Shown here: in pieces, positions 53,894 to 62,705 of the stretch
Layout: each line of letters starts with the position of its first letter
How positions within the stretch are numbered: position 1 is the first letter of the stretch
Source of the DNA: Octopus bimaculoides
Lineage: Eukaryota
Direction of reading: 5' to 3'
Length of the DNA stretch: 62,705 bases
Assembly: GCF_001194135.2 (NCBI RefSeq)
Contig: NC_068982.1
Location: forward strand, 103,343,621 to 103,406,325
Program-made: the position numbers and the translations under genes
The notes under the pieces: model-generated
Database searches by the model: none
What the model saw: only the letters and a program-made list of their open reading frames with translations
Told to the model about the DNA's origin: nothing

Positions 53894-53933
53894 GGCCATG
53901 ACGAAGGGAAATAGCCCTGAAACTCGAGTCGCC
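53894..53933 (+). ncRNA. Hammerhead-ribozyme-like motif (type I, minimal) with one extra base in the core
   Basis: RNA: GGC-C(A)UGACGA-AGGG(AAAUAG)CCCU-GAA-ACUCGAGU-C^GCC. Palindromic stem III, GUC cleavage triplet, 3-bp stem I. Confidence 0.55.
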
Positions 53934-54961
53934 TTTATATATATATATTTATATTTATATATTTATATATTTGATCCTTTATATTGAACACTCAATATTT
54001 CATCTACATTCAATACTTTCTTTCATGGTGCCATCCATTTTTATTTTATTTTATTTTATATTGTATATTGTATATTCCATATTCTATACCCCACATTAGT
54101 TCTGCAGGAATATAAATAAAACATAAAAAACAGACAGTGTTGGAACTCTTTTAAGCAAAATAATATATATATATATATATATGAATGATAGGTTTTAAAA
54201 TTTGTAAGGTACTGGTCAACCTGACTAATTTTTAAATATTTCTTATCTAATTTATTCTTCAGTGGGAAAATTTGTTTCTCTGGAATTCTTGATTTCCTAT
54301 GTTTCCATATCTGATATATGGATTTTATGGTACCAAATGAGCAAAACAAATAGAATATTGTATTAGAATTAGTTTAGTTATTCCCTTGTACATTCTGAGA
54401 TCAAAATTCTTTTAATTGTACTGAATTCTTCCAAAAGATATATACAAGGACGGTACAAGTATAGGTTAAATAACAAATACAAAAGTATTTTGTCATGTTC
54501 TACAGTTTGTTATCCGCTCCCCTCAAAGCTGCGAGCTGGCAGAATTGTTAGCATGCTTGGCTAATTGCTTCGTGGCATTTCATTCGTCTTTACATTCTGA
54601 GCTTAAATTTTGCTGAGGTTGACTTTGCCTTTCATCCTTTTGGGATCGATAAAATAAGTACCAGTTGAGTACTGGGGTTGATATAATCGACTTATCGCCT
54701 CTCCTGAAATTGCTGGCCTTGTGCCAGAAATCGCAATCAATATTTGGAACAGTTGTCTCTAACATAGACATAACACCAGAAATGAAGGGGAGGGAGATAG
54801 TCAATTAAAACCACTCCAGTACATGACTGATACTCTTTATTCTGTCGATTCTGAAAGGATGAAAGGCAGAGCCAACCTCAGTGGGATTTGAACTTAGAAC
54901 ACAAAGGGTCAGAATATATAGGACAGGGAATTTTTGTTTGACTCTTGTGTGACTTTGTCAG

Positions 54962-55345
54962 GTGGAGGCGCAATGGCCAAGTGGTTAGGGCAGCGGACTC
55001 GCGGTCATAGGATCGCGGTTTCGATTCCCAGACTGGACGTTGTGAGTGTTTATTGAGCGAAAACACCTAAAGCTCCACGAGGCTCCGGCAGGGGATGGTA
55101 GCGAACCCTGCTGTACTCTTTCACCACAACTTTCTCTCACTGTTACTTCCTGTTTCTGTTGTGCCTGTAATTCAAAGGGTCAGCCTTGTCACACTGTGTC
55201 ACGCTGAATATCCCCGAGAACTACGTTAAGGGTACACGTGTCTGTGGAGTGCTCAGCCACTTGCACGTTAATTTCACGAGCAGGCTGTTCCGTTGATCGG
55301 ATCAATTGGAACCCTCGACGTCGTAAGCGACGGAGTGCCAACAAC
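54962..55345 (+). mobile_element. Young tRNA-derived SINE, copy 2, with target-site duplication
   Basis: A box TGGCCAAGTGG, B box GGTTTCGATTCCC, CpG-rich. Flanked by GACTTTGTCAG / GAGTTTGTCAG (11 bp, 1 mismatch). Confidence 0.9.
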
Positions 55346-57561
55346 GAGTTTGTCAGATAAAAAACTGGTTTCAAATTTTGGCACAAGCCCGGCAGTTTTA
55401 GGGGAGAAGGTTAATTGATTATGTTGATCTCAGTACTTGACTGGTACCTATTCTATCAATCCTGAAAGAATGAAAAACAAAGTTGACCTCAGTGGAATTT
55501 GAACTCAGAACGTAAAGCTGAAAAAAATGCTGCTAAGCATTTTGTCGAGCGTGATAACAATTCTGTCAGCTTGCTACCTGAGTTTGTCAGATAATAATGA
55601 TTTCTTACATCGGTACAAGGCTGGGTGGGGCGGGGGTACTCAATTAAATTGACTTCAGTACTTGATCACTACTTTATTTTATTGATCTCAGAAGGATGCA
55701 AGTGCAAAGTTGACCTTATCAAATTTTTTTCTACCATTGGCAACAAGGCCATAAATTTCAGTTACATGTTGCTAATTCAAGAAACTCCAACTCAGGACTG
55801 TTATATATGTTGAGAACACTGAATAATTAATGATGACACATAAAAAACACCCAGTACACTCTGCAGACTGGTTGGTGTTAGGAAGGGCATCCAACTATAG
55901 AAACCAAGTCAAAACAGATGACAAGCCTATTCAAACCGTCTAACGCATGCCAGCATGGAAAACAGATGTAAAATGATGATGATGACGATCCCGACAGGAA
56001 GCAGACTTAGAAATTAAAGGAGTGAAACCAAAAATTGCTCAACCATCCAATAGTTCTACAATCCACTGTTCCCCTCTTGGTCACAGTTTTGTAGAAAGGA
56101 AGAGAATGTCCTGGAAACTACGACTGGTATTTACTCATCGAAGAAGGAATGAAGATAAAATCTGTCATTGGCTGTGGTCAAGTTTGGAACGCAGTAAAAC
56201 GAAATGTAATTCACCACTAAATCGCTTTCCCAGTGAAGGGGAACAACTTAGTTTCTTTAAAAAAAAGCAAAAAACATAACTTGTAATTTTTTTTAATTAT
56301 TTATGAATACGAGAAAGAAAAGGTAAAAAAACGTGTAAGACCGTTTAGAAAATGCCCCGGAGAAGATGTTTTATCATTATTAACGATATTCCTTCATTAT
56401 ATTATATAAAAAAGAAATGATATATTTTGTTTTTCGGAGGGTCACTTTGCCAATCATAAACACATGCACTGCTTCTGTTTCACCCCTTTATTATTTGTCA
56501 GTTGATAAACTGTTTAATCAATGAACTAATTAATTGTTTGATTAATCATCCGGTTAATCAAGCAATCAGATATACTTGTCAAAATCCTTTCACTGCCATT
56601 CGCGACCTCTTCAATGACATACTTTCTTTACTAGTCAGTATCAGGTTTGTAATTAGTTTTGGGGTTATGCATGCATCCATCCATAATAACATGTAAATAT
56701 AGGGTTCAAAAATAATGGAAGGGCACCCGTGAGACCAGAAGCCACATCTCTTGAATACACGACAAGTGTTCTAACATTGGTAGTTGTATTGGATGTGAGA
56801 ATGACCCTTCTGAGATACAACAAAATCCGTAGAAATGAGTTCATATCATAAACCTTGGAAACCAAGATAAAAACATCCATCCATCCATCCATTATTATTA
56901 TTATTATTGAGTGAGAGAGCAGTGCATGCCATCAAAGTNNNNNNNNNNNNNNNNNNNNNNNNNNNNNNNNNNNNNNNNNNNNNNNNNNNNNNNNNNNNNN
57001 NNNNNNNNNNNNNNNNNNNNNNNNNNNNNNNNNNNNNNNNNNNNNNNNNNNNNNNNNNNNNNNNNNNNNNNNNNNNNNNNNNNNNNNNNNNNNNNNNNNN
57101 NNNNNNNNNNNNNNNNNNNNNNNNNNNNNNNNNNNNNNNNNNNNNNNNNNNNNNNNNNNNNNNNNNNNNNNNNNNNNNNNNNNNNNNNNNNNNNNNNNNN
57201 NNNNNNNNNNNNNNNNNNNNNNNNNNNNNNNNNNNNNNNNNNNNNNNNNNNNNNNNNNNNNNNNNNNNNNNNNNNNNNNNNNNNNNNNNNNNNNNNNNNN
57301 NNNNNNNNNNNNNNNNNNNNNNNNNNNNNNNNNNNNNNNNNNNNNNNNNNNNNNNNNNNNNNNNNNNNNNNNNNNNNNNNNNNNNNNNNNNNNNNNNNNN
57401 NNNNNNNNNNNNNNNNNNNNNNNNNNNNNNNNNNNNNNNNNNNNNNNNNNNNNNNNNNNNNNNNNNNNNNNNNNNNNNNNNNNNNNNNNNNNNNNNNNNN
57501 NNNNNNNNNNNCATGAGAGCCACTGCCTGGTACTGCATCCGGGCATTATTATTATTATTAT

Positions 57562-58203
57562 GTTGTTTTTTTCCTTCTTTCTTCTAATTTTCTTCCATTT
57601 CTCGCTGAGTGTTTTCCGTACACCTAGGGCAGAGAAACTCGTATGCAATCCCAGTTTACACACGCAAATTCACAGGTAAACCATGTATTTAAAANNNNNN
57701 NNNNNNNNNNNNNNNNNNNNNNNNNNNNNNNNNNNNNNNNNNNNNNNNNNNNNNNNNNNNNNNNNNNNNNNNNNNNNNNNNNNNNNNNNNNNNNNNNTAT
57801 CATTCCTAGAGATCCTACAATAACTGGTATGGTAGTCGCCTTGAGGTGCCACATTTTTTCAATTTCTAGTAGCAAGTCTTTATATTTACTGATCTTGTCA
57901 AATTCTTTCGCCGCTATATTATGATCAGAGGGAATACTCATGTCAATTAATAAACACATCTTCTTTGTCTGATCTTTTATGATGATATCTGGTTTATTAG
58001 CTTTTATAGCCTTGTCAGTATGTACGGGGAAGTCCCAGAGAATCGATACATTTTCTCCTTCAGTCACAGCTTCAGGATGGTGTTTATACCATTTGTCAGC
58101 GGTTTTGATTTTATAATGCTGACATATTGTCCAGTGTAAATACTGGCCAACTCTGTCATGTCTTGCTTTATATTCTACAGGTGCTAACACTCTACACTCT
58201 GAG
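57562..58203 (-). mobile_element. 5'-truncated RLE-type (R4/Dong-like) non-LTR retrotransposon inside a (TAA)n tract
   Basis: YKARHDRVGQYLHW..C; ILWDFPVHTDKAIKANKPDIII; LLIDMSIPSD.NI..KEFDKISKYKDL..EI.KMW..K..TIPVIVGSLG (PD..D RLE motif). (ATT)n on both sides. Confidence 0.88.
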
Positions 58204-58210
58204 ATTATTA

Positions 58211-58241
<31 letters not shown>

Positions 58242-58242
58242 T

Positions 58243-58554
58243 TACCTCTGCCTTAGCGAAGGTGGAGGTATTATTTTCAGTCATGTTTGTTTGTCTGTGA
58301 ACAAGATATCTCAAGAACCGCTGGATGGATTCGGATGAAACTTTTAGGGATATTTGGCTCCGTGACTGGCATGAATTGCTTAGATTTTTTACTTAATTTT
58401 TGAGAGCAGTCGGTCGGGTTTATTTTTAGTATTCTTGTTTGTGAGAGCAGTCGAGTTTATTTCAGATATTCTCATTTTAAAAATCATCTCTGGCTAATCG
58501 TTGAGAGGACGTTAGTGTTGCCTTGGCGGAGGTTTGCGCTCTCTGAGTGCTCTT
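58243..58554 (+). mobile_element. HINE/DINE-1-like non-autonomous element (Helentron-associated type)
   Basis: Subterminal inverted repeats ACCTCTGCC (5') and CCTTGGCGGAGGT (3'), a GTTTGTTTGTCTGT microsatellite, a CCG..GGATGGATT..GATGAAACTT core and T-rich flanks. Other elements with similar cores near 33810-34070 and 60570-60660. Confidence 0.6.
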
Positions 58555-59868
58555 ATTATTATTGGGAGGAAGAGGAAAAAGATAAAGATCTAGCCAGCCC
58601 ATCAAAGTTGTCCAGTGTTTTATATTAATTTCTGGTTACTTATCCTATTGTGGATAAATCAATTAGTGTATATTCAAACGTTAATTTGAAGTTATTACTC
58701 TAAAACTAGTTTAAGAATAACAACGGAACATTACTGATAAGGTGAGTGAATACTGATATAGAGTAAAATTTATTGTTACGATCGCGTTGTCTAGGACTTC
58801 AAATTTTGCGTAACAGTCGATTCAAAATCACTGGTTGAATTTATTTATCTTCACTGCCCTACATTTATGGGGGAAATGGTACAAACTGTTGCATAATCAA
58901 AATAGTTAATTTTTTAATATGAAGAAACCATTGGTGTGAAGTAAAATTTTATTCGACTAAACTTGTATGACTATTAGACATACTCATCTACAGAATACAA
59001 TGTTAGTGTCGATATACACATCTAGTAAAGATCTTAATTCTGTAAATTTATTCCATCCTTTCTAGATCTCTGCAAAGGGTTTTTTTTTTTATTATCCTCC
59101 ATCCGTGTTAAATTTTTAGATATGGGAAACAGAGAGCTGTGACGTTTACACTTTTGGTAAAGGCATTAATTACTTGAGTGATATACTTTCAATCAGGAAA
59201 ACAAAACCGATATAAGGACAATGTAGCACTTGTTCTCGAATACTCCATATGATTAAATGGTGCCCCACTCACCATAACAGCAGACTTACAGCATAAAATT
59301 CATGATTTCATTTCAGTTAAGTGTTGGCTTTAATGCAGGAAAATTATAAAAAGAGATCTGTAACCAAGTCAACAGCTATTTTCTGGGGCAGATTTTAAAA
59401 TGTATGCGACTTAAATTATATGGCTAGAGTCAGCAGATTGTTGTCATATGTAGACAATATTTATTAGACATTAATTAAATTTAAAAAAAAATCAAGTAAT
59501 TGCGGCTAGTCTTAGGTTTTAATTTTCTTTCAAATCAGTTTGTATTTCAAGAGTTATTCCCCTTCAACAAAGTTTTCCTTTTTGATTCGCAGTTACCGGC
59601 TGCTTTCATTGTGAACGTCAGAATATCCTTTGACTTTAGTTACATCAGTTCATTTAGTTCTAAATCGACATAAAGAAAAACAAAATTATAGGTTTGCAGT
59701 CGCACTGTATTTGAAAACTTTGCAATACTTTTATATAATCTGAATATAGCTTAATGTAGTGAGAACCGTTGGCATCTTGGGTGTGATGAATTAAATGAGG
59801 AATACACTCTCGTTTCTGCCCTCTCTCTCATACACACAGACTCACTCGTACGTGCGCGCACGCTCACT

Positions 59869-59947
<79 letters not shown>

Positions 59948-60654
59948 CCTACAATCTGGTTTCGAATCTGGATCCAATAGCTAGGCGAGCGGAGATGATT
60001 GAGACACATAAGTCTTTAAAAATGCTTTCTTTTATAGCCACAGTAATAATTAAAATAAACATTGTACAAGGACGAACTACTCCTCAATTTTACAGTATTG
60101 TAGTTATTTACAGTGGTCAGATGTTCAAATTTTGCACTATTTTCAATAAGGCGTATATAACTTACTGATTAGAATGTTAGGCTGACGATCATAAGGTCGT
60201 GGATTCGATTCCTAAACTGGACAGCGCATTCTGTTAGTGTGCAAGGCACTTCGTTTTAAGTTACTCCAGATTACTCAAATTTCTCCCATTTCATCCTTAG
60301 TGTTCCGTTGATGTCTCTGTCCAAGTATGTTGATGCATGTTATTGCAAATCTACTTAGAAGATTCATGGCCAGATATTTTGGACATTATATAATTCTACA
60401 GTTCATTCAACCATCCTAATAAGATTAAAGTGTCATGTGTGAATACAATTTAATTACAGTCATTTTAATATAGGCACATGTATGGCTGTGTGGTGAGACG
60501 TTTTGCTTCCCAACCACATGGTTGGGAAGGAACTTTTCACTACCCCCTCGTATGTATATATAAAACAGAATATGTGTGCATCGCTAAAACTCGAGAACTA
60601 CCCAACAGATTTCATTCAAATTTTACACATGCCTTATATAGGGTCCATGGAGTG

Positions 60655-60706
<52 letters not shown>

Positions 60707-61640
60707 TCGTTTAACGTCCGCTNNNNNNNNNNNNNNNNNNNNNNNNNNNNNNNNNNNNNNNNNNNNNNNNNNNNNNNNNNNNNNNNNNNNNNNNNNNNNN
60801 NNNNNNNNNNNNNNNNNNNNNNNNNNNNNNNNNNNNNNNNNNNNNNNNNNNNNNNNNNNNNNNNNNNNNNNNNNNNNNNNNNNNNNNNNNNNNNNNNNNN
60901 NNNNNNNNNNNNNNNNNNNNNNNNNNNNNNNNNNNNNNNNNNNNNNNNNNNNNNNNNNNNNNNNNNNNNNNNNNNNNNNNNNNNNNNNNNNNNNNNNNNN
61001 NNNNNNNNNNNNNNNNNNNNNNNNNNNNNNNNNNNNNNNNNNNNNNNNNNNNNNNNNNNNNNNNNNNNNNNNNNNNNNNNNNNNNNNNNNNNNNNNNNNN
61101 NNNNNNNNNNNNNNNNNNNNNNNNNNNNNNNNNNNNNNNNNNNNNNNNNNNNNNNNNNNNNNNNNNNNNNNNNNNNNNNNNNNNNNNNNNNNNNNNNNNN
61201 NNNNNNNNNNNNNNNNNNNNNNNNNNNNNNNNNNNNNNNNNNNNNNNNNNNNNNNNNNNNNNNNNNNNNNNNNNNNNNNNNNNNNNNNNNNNNNNNNNNN
61301 NNNNNNNNNNNNNNNNNNNNNNNNNNNNNNNNNNNNNNNNNNNNNNNNNNNNNNNNNNNNNNNNNNNNNNNNNNNNNNNNNNNNNNNNNNNNNNNNNNNN
61401 NNNNNNNNNNNNNNNNNNNNNNNNNNNNNNNNNNNNNNNNNNNNNNNNNNNNNNNNNNNNNNNNNNNNNNNNNNNNNNNNNNNNNNNNNNNNNNNNNNNN
61501 NNNNNNNNNNNNNNNNNNNNNNNNNNNNNNNNNNNNNNNNNNNNNNNNNNNNNNNNNNNNNNNNNNNNNNNNNNNNNNNNNNNNNNNNNNNNNNNNNNNN
61601 NNNNNNNNNNNNNNNNNNNNNNNNNNNNNNNNNNNNNNNN

Positions 61641-61684
<44 letters not shown>

Positions 61685-61919
61685 GTATAAATGTATATAT
61701 ATATATATATATGTATAGAAGTGTATATATATAATGTATATATGTATCTATATACGTATAAATATATGTATATATAATATACACGTGTATATCTATGTGT
61801 GTATATATATAATGTGTATATGTATATATATATGTGTATATATATAAATGTATATATATGCATATATATATATATATAGGAAAGTATTGTAGTTCGCTTG
61901 AAGCATTGGGTATTGTCTG

Positions 61920-62440
61920 TAAAGAATAAAATGTTTTGAATGACACAACAATGCACTATAATACAAGAAATGGACTATAATAACTGTTGTAATTTAATCA
62001 TCCATAGTCTGATATGATATTTTGGAATAAAAATTCTGTCTTCAGATATCCCCTGGAATTGATGGAGTCGCCGCTATAATCAGTTTTCCAACGCCTTTTC
62101 TGTGTTTTTGTTTTCTGGAAGCGTCTCAGCAGTGGTCTCACGAAGCTCCTTCCGGAATTCCTCATGAGAAGTGCGTGAGGTCGGCCATGTCTCAATCTGG
62201 TGTGTGCTGGCACATCTGTAGCGCTGCTTCTAAGTTATGGCATATGTGCAGCTTCCTTTTTACTTCTTTTTTTTTCTCTTTATTTTTTGTTATAAACAAT
62301 ACATGAACATGTTATCAAAAATGAACCTACACGCATCCAGTTGTAACTAAATACTATATTGATTACTAACCTCCAGCATGTCATTAATTTGGGGCCCTAG
62401 TCTGTGTATGAGTATAGCTTCCTTAATTCTTAAATTACCC
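61920..62440 (-). mobile_element. Penelope-like element 3' end, copy 2
   Basis: Collinear with 24790-25160 apart from an extra ~135 bp; cut at 62440 by a CR1 fragment. Confidence 0.75.
62011..62050 (-). ncRNA. Hammerhead motif, copy 2, probably inactivated (G12 to A)
   Basis: RNA: GAUAU-CUGAAGA-CA-GAAU(UUUU)AUUC-C-AAAA-UAUC^AUAUC. 5-bp stem I; GAAA is changed to AAAA. Confidence 0.55.
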
Positions 62441-62705
62441 TGGGTGTTGAGGCAGTTACTCAACTCAAATGTGGACGTAATATACCTTGATTTTGCAAAA
62501 GCTTTTGACAAAGTGGATTATGGTATGATATGCCACAAACTGCGTGATCTTGGCATAGCTGGAAAACTTGGAGAGTGGTTACATGACTTTCTGAAAGATA
62601 GAAGTCAGGCAGTAGTGGCTAATGGAGCCACCTCTATGAAAACACAAATAGTGAGCGGTGTTCCACAGGGCACTGTCTTGGGACCACTGCTTTTTATAGT
62701 GGCCT
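62441..62705 (+). mobile_element. CR1-clade LINE reverse-transcriptase fragment, open to the window end
   Basis: NVDVIYLDFAKAFDKVD..MICHKLRDLGI.GKL.EWL.DFL.DRSQ.V...SGVPQGTVLGPLLFI. Confidence 0.92.

Noticed and set aside
54962-55035. tRNA gene
   Set aside because: No proper acceptor or anticodon stem closure, and it continues into a 300-bp SINE body with tail and TSD.
62185-62325. Extra ~135 bp in Penelope copy 2 as a spliceosomal intron removed from copy 1
   Set aside because: The junction does not reconstruct cleanly with GT-AG and there is no pyrimidine tract; a simple deletion is more likely.

Overview
Eukaryotic, AT-rich, repeat-dense genomic DNA with many N gaps flanked by microsatellites. 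The repeat families are consistent with an octopus (coleoid cephalopod) assembly; this is an inference, not a database result. One host gene is securely identifiable: RNASEH2A (RNase H2 catalytic subunit) on the + strand, exons 2-8 between 29177 and 52635. Part of exon 5 lies in a gap and exon 1 was not found. The rest is mostly transposon debris: a mariner, two DD37D-type (maT) Tc1/mariner elements, a degenerate Helitron Rep/PIF1 region, non-autonomous Helitron/HINE-like elements, TTAA-flanked MITEs, RTE, CR1 and R4/Dong-like LINE fragments, Penelope-like (GIY-YIG) fragments and several tRNA-derived SINE families. The most interesting signals are not in the ORF track. (1) Three minimal hammerhead-ribozyme motifs: two in Penelope-like termini with compensating stem I changes, and one at the end of a ~400-bp element containing a 128-bp near-perfect hairpin. 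(2) Four long foldback palindromes in total. (3) A series of exon-like segments on the minus strand at 3.9-24.7 kb that may belong to an unidentified gene. (4) Two 29-bp minisatellites either side of exon 6, one with a 3-unit higher-order repeat. Hammerheads in Penelope-like elements are a known class, so any novelty is at family level and needs testing.
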